DNA of 64,000 bases. Origin: an uncultured Chloroflexia bacterium (GTDB lineage Bacteria; Chloroflexota; Limnocylindria; Limnocylindrales; CSP1-4). How positions within the stretch are numbered: position 1 is the stretch's first letter; the number at the start of each line of letters is the position of its first letter. Shown piece after piece: positions 48,497-58,580 of this stretch. The DNA lies in the NCBI GenBank assembly GCA_963813335.1, contig CAWEYL010000001.1, positions 960,001 to 1,024,000 on the forward strand, given 5' to 3'. The position numbers and the translations under genes were made by a program. The notes below the pieces were generated by a model. The model was given only the letters and a program-made list of their open reading frames with translations, was not told the DNA's origin and did no database searches.

Positions 48497-49681
48497 GTGG
48501 ACCGCTTCGAACCCAACCTACGGATCCCGGGCCCGACGGCCCTCCCGCCGAGCGTCCGGACGGCCGGTGGCCGCCAGATGATCAACCACCGCGGCCCCGA
48601 GTTCGCGGCGATGCTGGAGCGGATCCTGACCGGCATGCGGCCGTTCTTCGGGACCAGCGCCGACGTCGCGATGATCACGACCGCCGGCTCTGGCGGCCTC
48701 GAGGCGGCGGTCGTCAACACGATGTCGCCGGGCGACAGGGTCCTGGGCGTGTCGATCGGCTCCTTCGGCGACCGGTTCGCGAAGATCGCGGGCATCTACG
48801 GGGCGGACGTGACCAAGCTCGACGCCGAGTGGGGCTATGCCGCCGCCGCCGACGAGGTCCGCGAGACGCTCCGGGCGACGCCCGGCGTCAAGGCCGTGCT
48901 GCTCACCCACAACGAGACCTCGACCGGGGTCATGAACCCGATCGCCGAGCTGGCCGCGGCGGTCCATGCCGAGGCCCCCGACGCGCTGATCCTCGTCGAT
49001 AGCGTCAGCGGCCTGGGCGCCGTCCCGTTCGAGATGGACGCGTGGGGCGTCGACGTCGTCGTCACCGGCTCGCAGAAGGCCTGGATGGCGGCCCCCGGGC
49101 TGGCCATGATCGCGGCGTCGCCGCGGGCCTGGGCCGCGATGGAGCACGCGACGATGCCGCGCTTCTACCTCGACCTGCGATCGCACCGCGACGCGGCCGC
49201 GAACGGGCAGACACCGTTCACCCCGGCGATCGCCGTCGTGTACCAGGTCGACGAGGGCCTGCGGCTGATGAACGAGGAAGGCAAGGACGCCATCTTCGCC
49301 CGTCACGAGGCCTGCGCCGCGGCGGCCCGGGCCGGGCTCCGCGCCCTCGGCTTCAAGCTCTTCGCGGACCCGGCCGTCGCGTCGAAGACGGTCACCGCGG
49401 CGTGGGTCCCCGACGACCTCGACTGGAAGGCCTTCAACGGCGAGGTCAAGCGCCGCGGGGTCGTCCTCGCGGGCGGCCAGGGCAAGCTGACCGGCAAGAT
49501 CTTCCGCCTGGGCCACCTCGGCTCGGTGACGATCGAGGAGATCCTCGGCGCGATCAGCACGCTCGAGTTCGTCTCACTCGGAAGCGGCCGGCCGGTGACC
49601 CCGGGCGCGGCCGTCGCGGCGGCCCAGGTGGCCGCCCTCGAGGCCTACGGGATCGCCCTCCCGGCCGTGGCGCACGCGTGA
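48497..49681 (+). CDS. Class V aminotransferase (alanine-glyoxylate type, probably acting as phosphoserine aminotransferase)
   Basis: RIPGPT, INHRGPEF, THNETSTGV, VDSVSG, GSQKAWMAAPGL, FRLGHLG. First gene before serA. Confidence 0.87.
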   Translation: MDRFEPNLRIPGPTALPPSVRTAGGRQMINHRGPEFAAMLERILTGMRPFFGTSADVAMITTAGSGGLEAAVVNTMSPGDRVLGVSIGSFGDRFAKIAGIYGADVTKLDAEWGYAAAADEVRETLRATPGVKAVLLTHNETSTGVMNPIAELAAAVHAEAPDALILVDSVSGLGAVPFEMDAWGVDVVVTGSQKAWMAAPGLAMIAASPRAWAAMEHATMPRFYLDLRSHRDAAANGQTPFTPAIAVVYQVDEGLRLMNEEGKDAIFARHEACAAAARAGLRALGFKLFADPAVASKTVTAAWVPDDLDWKAFNGEVKRRGVVLAGGQGKLTGKIFRLGHLGSVTIEEILGAISTLEFVSLGSGRPVTPGAAVAAAQVAALEAYGIALPAVAHA

Positions 49682-51261
49682 AGGTCCTCGTCGCCGAACC
49701 CCTCGCACATGAAGGCGTCGAGCTCCTGCGGGACCACCACGAGGTCGATGAGCGGATCGGGCTGTCCCGCGACGAGCTGTGCGCGCTCATCCCCGAGTAC
49801 GACGCGCTCATCGTCAGGAGCCAGGTCCAGGTCGACGCCGGGCTGATCGCCGCGGGCACCCGGCTCGTGGTCATCGGACGGGCCGGGGTCGGGGTCGACA
49901 ACGTCGACCTCGATGCCGCGACCCGGGCGGGCATCACCGTCGTCAACGCCCCGACCGGGAACACCATCGCCGCCGCCGAGCACACCCTCGCGCTGATGTA
50001 CGGCGTGGCCCGCAGGACCGCGGCGGCTGACGCGTCGATGCGGCGCGGCGAATGGAAGCGCTCGCAATTCACCGGGCTCGAGCTGCGCGGGCGGACGCTC
50101 GGGATCGTCGGGCTCGGCAAGATCGGCCAGGCGATCGCCTTGCGCGCCAGGGCGATGGAGATGACGGTCATCGGGGTCGACCCGTACGTGACGGCCGAGC
50201 AGGCCGCCAACCATGGCGTCGAGCTGGTCGAGATGGACGAGCTGCTCAAGCGCGCCGACGTCGTCACGGTCCACGTCCCGCTGACCCGCTCCACGCGCGG
50301 GTTGATCGGCAAGGACGCCATCGCCAGGATGAAGCCCGGCTCGATCGTCCTGAATGTCGCCCGGGGCGGCGTCCTCGACGAGGCCGCGGTCGCCGAGGCG
50401 CTGACGTCGGGCCACCTCGGTGGTGCCGGCATCGACGTCTTCGAGCACGAGCCGCCGACCGGCTCGCCGCTGCTCGAGGCCCCCAACACCCTGCTGACCC
50501 CGCACCTGGGTGCCTCCACGGCCGAGGCCCAGATCCTCGTCGCCGAGGAGGTCGCCTCGCAGGTCCTCGACGTCCTCGACGGGCGGAGCGCGCGGTACGC
50601 GGTCAATGCCCCGCTGCTCACCCCGGAGACGGCGCAGGCCATCGCACCGTATCTGCCGCTCGCCGAGGTCCTCGGCCGGTTCTTCGCCCAGTTCTCGCGG
50701 GGCGGCGTCAAGACGCTCACCCTCGAGATCGCCGGCGAGCTGGCCGCCTTCGACGCCACGCCGCTGACCGCGGCCGTCCTGCGCGGGCTCCTCGAGGCGG
50801 TGACGACCGAGCGCGTCAACCTGGTCAACGCCGGCGCGCTGGCCAAGGCCCGCGGGATCACCGTCGTCGAGCGCAAGACCCCCGACGCCGGCGCCTTCTC
50901 GGCCCAGCTGACGCTCTCCACGGAGGTCCGCGGTCGCGCCACCACGGTGTCGGGCACCGTCGAGGGCGGCGAGCCGCGGATCACCCGCCTGGACGACTAC
51001 CGCCTGGACATGGCGCCGGCCGAGGTCATGTTGATCACGCGGCACATGGACCGCCCGGGCATGGTCGGGCGGATCGGGGCGATGCTCGGCGAGGCCGACG
51101 TCAACATCAGCGCGATGCACCTGGCGCGCACGCGCCCGCGCGAGGACGCGCTGATGATCCTGGCCCTCGACGACGCGGTCCCCGACAGCGTGGCCGACGC
51201 GATCCGCACCCACGAGAGCGTCACCGACCTCTGGACGATCAGGCTGGGCGGCGAGCGCTGA
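49678..51261 (+). CDS. serA: D-3-phosphoglycerate dehydrogenase
   Basis: GRAGVGVDNVD, NTIAAAEH, GLGKIG, NVARGG, TPHLGASTAEAQ, C-terminal ACT domain DRPGMVG..NIS. Confidence 0.95.
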   Translation: MKVLVAEPLAHEGVELLRDHHEVDERIGLSRDELCALIPEYDALIVRSQVQVDAGLIAAGTRLVVIGRAGVGVDNVDLDAATRAGITVVNAPTGNTIAAAEHTLALMYGVARRTAAADASMRRGEWKRSQFTGLELRGRTLGIVGLGKIGQAIALRARAMEMTVIGVDPYVTAEQAANHGVELVEMDELLKRADVVTVHVPLTRSTRGLIGKDAIARMKPGSIVLNVARGGVLDEAAVAEALTSGHLGGAGIDVFEHEPPTGSPLLEAPNTLLTPHLGASTAEAQILVAEEVASQVLDVLDGRSARYAVNAPLLTPETAQAIAPYLPLAEVLGRFFAQFSRGGVKTLTLEIAGELAAFDATPLTAAVLRGLLEAVTTERVNLVNAGALAKARGITVVERKTPDAGAFSAQLTLSTEVRGRATTVSGTVEGGEPRITRLDDYRLDMAPAEVMLITRHMDRPGMVGRIGAMLGEADVNISAMHLARTRPREDALMILALDDAVPDSVADAIRTHESVTDLWTIRLGGER

Positions 51262-51269
51262 GCGAGCCG

Positions 51270-52049
51270 ATGATCCCCGACGGCCTGGACGCCACGCTCG
51301 TCCTCGTCCGCCACGGCGAGAGCCGCTTCATCGTCGAGGGCCGGTTCCAGGGCCAGGCCGACTCGCCGCTCTCGGCCCGCGGCCGCGAGCAGGCCGCCCG
51401 GGTGGCCGGCCGGCTGGCGGACCCGAGCGCCTCCCCCGCCCTGCCCCTCCCTGCCGGACTGCCCGAGGAGATCGTCCACTCGCCGCTCGGGCGCGCGGCC
51501 GAGACGGCCGTCGCGATCGGTACGGCGCAGCGTGGGGCGGTGGCGCTCCGCCCGGACCCGGCCTTCAGCGAGATCGGCCAGGGCGAGTGGGAAGGCCTGC
51601 ACCGCGACGAGATCCAGGCGCGGTACGGGGCCGAGCTGGCTGCCTGGCGACGCCGCCCCACGGAAGCGTGGGCGCCCGGCGGCGAGGCGCTCCCCGACGT
51701 GGCCGCCCGGGTCCGCGACGGCCTGCGGACGACCCTCGGACGGCTCGCCGAAGACCGGCCGGCCGGCACGCTCGACCGCTCCCACGTGGCCGGCTACGGC
51801 GATGTCCACGACGGGCCGTGGTCGGTGGTCGTCGGCCACGATGGGGTCTTCAAGGTCCTGATGTTGACGCTGTTCGACCTCCCGCTCGAACGATTCTGGA
51901 TGTGGTCGTTCGAGCTGTGCGGCATCACGGTCGTCGAGCTGCGGGCCGGTCGACCGGTGCTGCGGGCCCACAACCTGGGCTCGGGCGGGGCCGTCGACGC
52001 CGCGACCCACCGCGAAGCCGAGGAACGCGAGGCGAGCGGCGCGCTCTGA
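51270..52049 (+). CDS. Histidine phosphatase (probable PspA-type phosphoserine phosphatase)
   Basis: LVRHGES, SPLGRAAETA, EIGQGEWEG, VVGHDG; operonic with serA. Confidence 0.85.
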   Translation: MIPDGLDATLVLVRHGESRFIVEGRFQGQADSPLSARGREQAARVAGRLADPSASPALPLPAGLPEEIVHSPLGRAAETAVAIGTAQRGAVALRPDPAFSEIGQGEWEGLHRDEIQARYGAELAAWRRRPTEAWAPGGEALPDVAARVRDGLRTTLGRLAEDRPAGTLDRSHVAGYGDVHDGPWSVVVGHDGVFKVLMLTLFDLPLERFWMWSFELCGITVVELRAGRPVLRAHNLGSGGAVDAATHREAEEREASGAL

Positions 52050-52075
52050 GTCGCTGACCGACCGACCGCCGTGCC

Positions 52076-54379
52076 TCAGGGCCGGCGGCGGCGCTCGCGG
52101 CGGCGGAAGGCGAGCTTGAGGAGGCTCACGCGCAGTCGGCGTTCAGCCTCCCGCAAGGTCTGGAGGCGGTCCGACGCGAGCGTGGTCCGACCGTACACGG
52201 TCTCCACCTTGGCCCGCGCGACGGTCTCGAGCTCCGGTCTGGCATCGGGCAGCACCTCGCCGAGCGAGCCGGCGAACTCGTAGACGGTCTGGTTGGGCCG
52301 CGGCGCGAAGCCGAACCGCGATGCCAGCCCGGTCACGGTGCGATAGGCGTGGTCGGCGGTGGTCCCGCGCCGCGGGCCGCGCTGCCAGGTCACGAACCCG
52401 AGCGCGATCATGATCACGGCCAGCAGCGCCGCGATCGCGACGTATGGACCGATGGTGGCGACCGGTCCGCCGTTGCCGAGCCCCGACACGTTCTTGGCCA
52501 GGTCATCCCGGCCGTCCCCGAACGAGGGCGGCGGCAGGAGGGCCGCGGACGGCTTCGCCGACCCGGACGCGACCGGCTTGCCCGAGGGGAGAGGACCGGC
52601 GCGGGCGAGGTCGCCGCCGGTCGGGTCGAACATCACCCAGCCGTAGCCCGGGAAGTAGACCTCCACCCACTCGTGGCTCTGGTTGTTGGTCACCGTCTCC
52701 ACCCCGGTCTTCGAGCGCTCCCCCGGCAGGAAGCCGTTGACGACCCGGGCCGGGATGCCCGACGCGCGCAGGAAGATCGCCATGGTCGTGGCGTAGTACT
52801 GGCAGAACCCGCGGCGGAACCGGGCGAAGCATTCGACCGTGGAGATGTCATTGCACTTGCCGGTGAACAGGTCCTGGATGTTCGACTGGTAGGTGAAGAT
52901 GTCGTGGTTCACCCGGAACCGCGAGGTGAGGTACTGGGCGAAGACGAACGGGTTCATGGACGGCGACGACGCCTTCAGGTTCTTGAGCAGGATCTCGGCG
53001 TCGCCGCCGGCCGGGATCGCGCCGTCGGGCACCTGCGTGTAGATCGCGAGGAGGTCCTTCGGGTAGTCGGTGCCCGCCGCCTCGAGGGCCGCCTGGTTCA
53101 GCTGCCCGGGCTCGTCGCCGAGGACCGGGACGAGGGCGCTCACCGAGTACGCCCCGTCGCCCCGTCGCTGGATGGCGTTGAGGTACGCGCCGTCGCCGAC
53201 CAGGCTCACCGAGGTCTCCTGCGAGACCTGCGTGGGCGTCAATGGGGAGAAGACCAGGTGCCCGGTCCGGCCGGCGGCCGGCGCGACCGTGAAGAGGAGC
53301 TGCTTGCGCCCGGTGTCGAGGACGTCGTCGGTCGAGCCGGCCAGCACCGGGTCGCCGGCGGCACGCACCACGCTCTGGTTCGCCGAGCTCTTCCACGAGT
53401 GGCCCGTGAACTGGTCATAGACGACCGCCCCCCAGTAGATGTCCTTGGGGGCGTCCGGCGGCAGGGTGATGGTCATCTCCTCGGCCTTCGTCGGGTTCCA
53501 CTGGCCGCCGATGCTCGTCCCGGACGGGTCGAAGTCGGCCCCGAACGAGACCGTGTTCCCGCCGGTCGGCAGGAACTTCTGCCAGGCGCGGCCGAACTCG
53601 ACCAGCGACGAGCCGACACCCGTCCAGGCGTCCTGCAGCGGGGCCGACGACGCCGTCCCGGTCAGGAGCAGGGACCCGAAGACCGCGCCGACGATGAAGA
53701 CCGTCCCGCCGCGCAGGTAGACGCTCGAGATCGAGCCGGGGTCGCCGATCCGCCGGCGCAGCCACTCGCCCTGTTCCTCGAGCACGTGGGAGCGGATCAG
53801 CAGGAACAGTGACGCGACGCTGAAGACCACCAGGTAGCGCAGCTGGTCCTCGACCGCGATCGACATGTTCACCAGCAGGACCAGCCCGAGGGCGACGATC
53901 GCGTTGAGCGGGTGGTGGTGCCCGAAGACGGCGTACGACGCGAACATCGAGGTGGCCCACACGATGAGCCCGAGGACCACCAGGTAGTGCCCGTACTGGG
54001 TCGTGTACGGCAGGTCCCTGACGACGAGGTCGATGACGGCCTGGGTCGCGGACCCCGCGGCCGCCCCATACCAGTGGGCCATCGGGATGGCGTCGCCGGC
54101 GTCGGTCCGCAGGAGGGAGCCGGCGACCAGCGGCACGATCAGGGCCGCGAAGAGCGCCCCGATCGCGAAGGTCGTCCAGCGGCTCCAGCCCACCTTCGGC
54201 CCGACGAGCCCGACGAGCATGCCGGCCAGCGCCATGGGCATCAGGAAATCGGTCAGCCCGCCCTGGCCCAGCACGAGCTTCACGTCGTCGATCGCCCAGG
54301 TGACCGTCACGCACAGGAGCGCGACGAGCGCGACCGTGATCCAGCCCTCCGCTGGCGCGAGCGCGATCCGCCGGCTCAT
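52076..54379 (-). CDS. Transglutaminase-domain membrane protein (TgpA-like, DUF4129 tail)
   Basis: Multiple TM helices; RGFCQYYATTM..GIPARVVNGF..HEWVEVYFPGYGWVMFDPT. Confidence 0.9.
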   Translation of the reverse strand: MSRRIALAPAEGWITVALVALLCVTVTWAIDDVKLVLGQGGLTDFLMPMALAGMLVGLVGPKVGWSRWTTFAIGALFAALIVPLVAGSLLRTDAGDAIPMAHWYGAAAGSATQAVIDLVVRDLPYTTQYGHYLVVLGLIVWATSMFASYAVFGHHHPLNAIVALGLVLLVNMSIAVEDQLRYLVVFSVASLFLLIRSHVLEEQGEWLRRRIGDPGSISSVYLRGGTVFIVGAVFGSLLLTGTASSAPLQDAWTGVGSSLVEFGRAWQKFLPTGGNTVSFGADFDPSGTSIGGQWNPTKAEEMTITLPPDAPKDIYWGAVVYDQFTGHSWKSSANQSVVRAAGDPVLAGSTDDVLDTGRKQLLFTVAPAAGRTGHLVFSPLTPTQVSQETSVSLVGDGAYLNAIQRRGDGAYSVSALVPVLGDEPGQLNQAALEAAGTDYPKDLLAIYTQVPDGAIPAGGDAEILLKNLKASSPSMNPFVFAQYLTSRFRVNHDIFTYQSNIQDLFTGKCNDISTVECFARFRRGFCQYYATTMAIFLRASGIPARVVNGFLPGERSKTGVETVTNNQSHEWVEVYFPGYGWVMFDPTGGDLARAGPLPSGKPVASGSAKPSAALLPPPSFGDGRDDLAKNVSGLGNGGPVATIGPYVAIAALLAVIMIALGFVTWQRGPRRGTTADHAYRTVTGLASRFGFAPRPNQTVYEFAGSLGEVLPDARPELETVARAKVETVYGRTTLASDRLQTLREAERRLRVSLLKLAFRRRERRRRP

Positions 54380-55629
54380 CGGGCCAGGATCTCGCCGAGC
54401 GGGCGGCCCGGGGTCACGACGTAGAACGGGATCTCGTACTCCGCGAGGGCGTGGCGGAGCGCGCGCGAGCGCTTCGAGCGCGCCTCGTCCTCGGCCGGGT
54501 CCGCCTTGGCGTGGACGCCGCGGGCGGCATCCTCCGCGTGCATCGCCCGATCGAACGCCTCGCTGTCGACGGCGACGACGACGCAGGCCACGCCGCGGAC
54601 GCGGAGGCTGGCAAGTGGCCGGACCCACGACGGGTCGAGCGACGGCGTCACGACGACCGCGGTCATCCCGCGGCGCAGCCGCCCGACGGTGCCGATCAGC
54701 GTCTCGACGAGCGGGGCGCTCCCGTCCGCCTCGACCGCGGCCAGGAGCTGCATGATCTTCTGGTGCTGCCGGCCGCCGCGGTCGGCCGGGATCACCGCCG
54801 TGCGCGCCCCGTTGACGCTGATGCCGACGGCCCGGTTCTCGGCGATGGCCTTGTCCGCCACGGCGGCGGCCACCCGGACCGCGGCCTCGGTCGTGGACTC
54901 GTCGCCGCGGCCGCCGCCGATCCCGCGCTGCAGGTCGAGGACGATCCACGCATCGGCGGTCTGCTCGAGGTCGAATTCCTTGACCTGGATCTCGCCGTGC
55001 CGGGCGGTCGCCTTCCACGAGATCCGGTTCATGCTGTCGCCGGGCGCGTACGGCCGGACCGAGGTCGCGAGCGGCGTCGTCTGGAGGGTGCGCTCCGGCG
55101 AGGCGTGGCTCCCCTCGAGGCTGGCGGCCGGCAGCCGCCATTCGGGGATCGGTTCGAGGCGCGGGTAGATGACGACCGAGACGCCCTGCCCGACGGTCGC
55201 GGCGGCCTCGAAGAATCCGAACGGGTCGCCGGTCCGGATGTGCAACGGCTCGATCCGGAAGTGGCCGCGCCGGGTGAGCGGCGCCCGGATCAGCCACGAC
55301 CGCTCGCTCCGGCCCGGCAGCGTGATCGCCCGGCCGGGGAGTGCGCCGGGGAGCGTCGTCGGGTTGTGGATCTCGAGCCACGGCTTCGGCAGCCGGCTCC
55401 CGTTGCGCAGCGTGTACGTCACGCGCAGCCGGTCGCCCACGTGGCCGTGCAGCTGGCTGACCGCATAGCCGGCCTCGAGGTCGGTCAGGCCCAGCCGGAC
55501 GAGGACATACGAGCCGCCGACGACCAGGATGCCGAGGTAGAGCAGGTAGAAGAGGAACGGCAGCCCGGTCGAGAACGCCGCGATCACCAGGACCGCGACG
55601 ACGACGATCGCCTCGATTCGGCGGATCAC
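54376..55629 (-). CDS. DUF58 (VWA-like) protein
   Basis: RRGHF, GDPFGF, VRPYAPGDSMNRISWKATAR, VKEF. Confidence 0.9.
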   Translation of the reverse strand: MIRRIEAIVVVAVLVIAAFSTGLPFLFYLLYLGILVVGGSYVLVRLGLTDLEAGYAVSQLHGHVGDRLRVTYTLRNGSRLPKPWLEIHNPTTLPGALPGRAITLPGRSERSWLIRAPLTRRGHFRIEPLHIRTGDPFGFFEAAATVGQGVSVVIYPRLEPIPEWRLPAASLEGSHASPERTLQTTPLATSVRPYAPGDSMNRISWKATARHGEIQVKEFDLEQTADAWIVLDLQRGIGGGRGDESTTEAAVRVAAAVADKAIAENRAVGISVNGARTAVIPADRGGRQHQKIMQLLAAVEADGSAPLVETLIGTVGRLRRGMTAVVVTPSLDPSWVRPLASLRVRGVACVVVAVDSEAFDRAMHAEDAARGVHAKADPAEDEARSKRSRALRHALAEYEIPFYVVTPGRPLGEILAR

Positions 55630-55671
55630 CTGACGGGTCCTGCGCGCTGCATCCGCTCGGCCGGGGCCGGC

Positions 55672-56679
55672 CTACGCGCCGGGGACGGCGGGGCTGCCGC
55701 TGGTGCTGCGAAGGGCGGTCGGTCCGCCGGTGCCCGTCGGGCGGATGCCCTCGATCGAGGTCGAGTCGAGCAGCTCGCGGACGATCTGACCGGCCTGGAC
55801 GTCGTGGATCGAGGAGCTGGTCTTGATGATCAGGCGGTGGGCCAGCGCCGGCTCCACGAGGGCCTTGATGTCATCGGGGATGACGTAGTCGCGCCCGAGC
55901 AGCCCGGCCATCGCCTGGCCGGCCCGATAGAGCGCGATCGAGCCGCGCGGCGAGGCGCCGAGGTAGACGTCCGGGTGGGTCCGGGTCGCGTTGACCAGGC
56001 GGACGATGTAGTCCGAGACGCTCGGGTCGACGTAGATCTCGCGCACCGCCGCCTGCATCTCGCGCAGCTCGTCGACCGTCAGGACCTCGTCGAGCGCCTC
56101 GAGCGGGTGCGTCCGCTTCTGCTCGTCGAGGATGACGATCTCCTCGATCGGCTGGGGGTAGCCGAGGCGCAGCCGGATCATGAACCGGTCGAGCTGCGCC
56201 TCCGGCAGCGCGAACGTGCCCTCGTACTCGATGGGGTTCTGGGTGGCGATGACCAGGAACGGGTCTGGCATGGGATAGGTGACGCCGTCGATCGTGGCCT
56301 GCCGCTCCTCCATGCACTCCAGGAGCGCGGACTGCGTCTTGGGCGTAGCGCGGTTGATCTCGTCGGCGAGGACGACCTGGCTCATGATCGGGCCCGGGCG
56401 GAACTCGAACTCCTGGGTCTTCTGGTTGTAGATCGACAGGCCGGAGACGTCGGACGGCAGCAGGTCCGGGGTGAACTGGATCCGCCGGAACGAGCAGCCC
56501 AGGCTGCGGGCGATGGCCTTGGCGAGGACCGTCTTGCCGGTCCCGGGCACGTCCTCGATCAGGAGGTGGCCCTTGCACAGCAGGGCAACGAGGGCCAGGC
56601 GGACCTCGTGGTGTTTGCCGACGATCACGCGCTCGACGTTGGCGAGGACCTTGTCGCCGGTCTCCTGGATCTTCGTCAT
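55672..56679 (-). CDS. moxR: MoxR-family AAA+ ATPase
   Basis: [68 protein letters not shown]. Confidence 0.94.
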   Translation of the reverse strand: MTKIQETGDKVLANVERVIVGKHHEVRLALVALLCKGHLLIEDVPGTGKTVLAKAIARSLGCSFRRIQFTPDLLPSDVSGLSIYNQKTQEFEFRPGPIMSQVVLADEINRATPKTQSALLECMEERQATIDGVTYPMPDPFLVIATQNPIEYEGTFALPEAQLDRFMIRLRLGYPQPIEEIVILDEQKRTHPLEALDEVLTVDELREMQAAVREIYVDPSVSDYIVRLVNATRTHPDVYLGASPRGSIALYRAGQAMAGLLGRDYVIPDDIKALVEPALAHRLIIKTSSSIHDVQAGQIVRELLDSTSIEGIRPTGTGGPTALRSTSGSPAVPGA

Positions 56680-56865
56680 CAGCTTCTCTCACGAGTGCGG
56701 TGGCGGGGACGGAGCCACGGAACGGGGGCGCCTGGGGGGTTCGACGAGCCACGGCAGGGCCATGTGCTGTCGGAGGATAGTACGTCCGATGTCACGCGCC
56801 GGTTCCACACCCGCTCCTCCCTCATCAGGTACTGACGCTCCGGGCCGCCGATTCGTTCACGCTTC

Positions 56866-57084
56866 CTAGCCTCGGACCACCGTGACGACGCCGACCCAGA
56901 CGGTCATCAGGCAGCCGATCGCCCCCATGACGGCGAGGAACGGCTCGCCGCCGACCCACGAGAGCGCGGCGACCGCACCGAACATCACGGCCATCGCGGC
57001 GGCGATGATGCCGAGGCCGATGCGCTCGATGAGCGGCCGCCGCCGGGGCTCGGGCCCGGGCGGGTCGCCAGCCGGATGGCTCAC
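56866..57084 (-). CDS. Small 2-TM membrane protein
   Basis: GTG overlaps the pbpA stop; RPLIERIGLGII followed by two hydrophobic helices. Confidence 0.68.
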   Translation of the reverse strand: MSHPAGDPPGPEPRRRPLIERIGLGIIAAAMAVMFGAVAALSWVGGEPFLAVMGAIGCLMTVWVGVVTVVRG

Positions 57085-58580
57085 GGCGTCCCCCGCAGGT
57101 AGCGCGTCAGCAGGGTGCCGGCGATCGGCGCGGCCGCCTCGCCACCCCGTCCCCCTTGCTCGACCAGCACGGCGATCGCCACGGTCGGGTGCTCCGCGGG
57201 GGCGAACCCGATGAACCACGAGTGGGGCTCCCCCGTCCCGCCGAGCTCGGCGGTGCCGGACTTCCCGGCCGTGGTCACGCCCGGCACCTTCGCCCCGCTG
57301 GTGAACTGCCGTCCGAGGTCGCCCTCCACCGCGGCGACCATCGCGTCGGTGATGGCGTTCGCGTCGGCGGCGTCGATGACCGTCGCCATCCGGCTCGGGC
57401 CGATCTGCCGGGTCCCGCTGCGCTGGCCGGTCATCGCGGTGACCAGGCGCGGCTCCATCAGCACGCCGTCGTTGGCCACCGTGGCGGCCACGAGCGCCAT
57501 CTGCAGCGGCGTGACGAAGGTCTCCGCCTGGCCGTAGGCGGCGTTCGCCAGCTCGACGTCGTCGGCGAAGCCTCCGGGCTGCCGGCCGCTGCCGTCGTTG
57601 AGCTGCGAGACCGCCGTCGGCAGGTCGAACGGGATCGGCCGGTCGAAGCCCATCAGGTCGGCGTACCTGACGAGATCGGCGCCGCCGGTCGCGAGGCCGG
57701 TCAGCGCGTACCAGATGTTGCAGGAGACCTCGGTCGCGCCGACCAGGTCGAGCGCCGTCGAACCGGTCTCTGGGTGGTGGCCGTCCTTGATCCGGAAGCC
57801 GTCCACCAGCAGCCCGGTCTTCTCGGCCGCCGGCTGCTGCTTGTACGTGGTCGACGCGCTCACCGCTCCGGAGCCCAGGCCGGCGACCGCCGTCACGATC
57901 TTGAAGATCGAGCCGGGCACGTAGCGACCCTGCGTCGCGCGCGGCAGGAGCGGCTGGCTCGGGTCATCGAGGATGCCCTCGAAGGTCGCCTGGGCCGTCG
58001 CCGGGTCAGCCACCGCGGAGGCATCGAAGGTGGGGGTCGACGCGAGCGCGAGGACTTCGCCGGTCCGTGGGTCGAGCATCACGACGGCGCCCTTGTTCGA
58101 GCCGAGGGCCCGGACCGCCGCGCGCTGGAGGTCGAGGGAGAGCGACAGCTTCAGGTCCTGCGGGTCGTAGGGATCGGCCATGAACTTGCGGAAGACATCG
58201 CTGACGGCGTCGGTGGACAGCCCGGCGAGCTCGGCGTCGTAGCTGCGCTCCAGGCCGGCCCGCCCGTACCGCCGCGACGCGTAGCCGACGACGGGGCTGA
58301 TGGCGTCGCCCGCGTAGACGCGGTACAGCTCGCCGTTCGCGTCGGTCGCGTTCCGGGCCAGCACCTTGCCATCGCGGTCGAGGATCCGGCCCCGCGGGAC
58401 CGTCCGCGACGCGGCGATGACGGCCGCGTCCGATGGGGCGCGCGCCAGCTCGGGCCCGCGCACGACCCCCCAGTAGCCGGCGGCTCCGGCCAGCGTCCCG
58501 AACGCGAGCGACAGCACGACCGCCACGTGGACGATCGTGCGCCCGAGCGGGTGGCGGGTCCCGCCGGAGGTCCGGGTCAC
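57081..58580 (-). CDS. pbpA: Class B penicillin-binding protein (PbpA-like)
   Basis: RGRILDRDG, PGSIFK (SxxK), SCN (SxN), GKSGTAE (KSG), HSWFIGFAP. Confidence 0.9.
   Translation of the reverse strand: MTRTSGGTRHPLGRTIVHVAVVLSLAFGTLAGAAGYWGVVRGPELARAPSDAAVIAASRTVPRGRILDRDGKVLARNATDANGELYRVYAGDAISPVVGYASRRYGRAGLERSYDAELAGLSTDAVSDVFRKFMADPYDPQDLKLSLSLDLQRAAVRALGSNKGAVVMLDPRTGEVLALASTPTFDASAVADPATAQATFEGILDDPSQPLLPRATQGRYVPGSIFKIVTAVAGLGSGAVSASTTYKQQPAAEKTGLLVDGFRIKDGHHPETGSTALDLVGATEVSCNIWYALTGLATGGADLVRYADLMGFDRPIPFDLPTAVSQLNDGSGRQPGGFADDVELANAAYGQAETFVTPLQMALVAATVANDGVLMEPRLVTAMTGQRSGTRQIGPSRMATVIDAADANAITDAMVAAVEGDLGRQFTSGAKVPGVTTAGKSGTAELGGTGEPHSWFIGFAPAEHPTVAIAVLVEQGGRGGEAAAPIAGTLLTRYLRGTP

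Noticed and set aside
52076-56679. moxR-DUF58-transglutaminase as a novel system
   Set aside because: A well-known, widespread gene triad.
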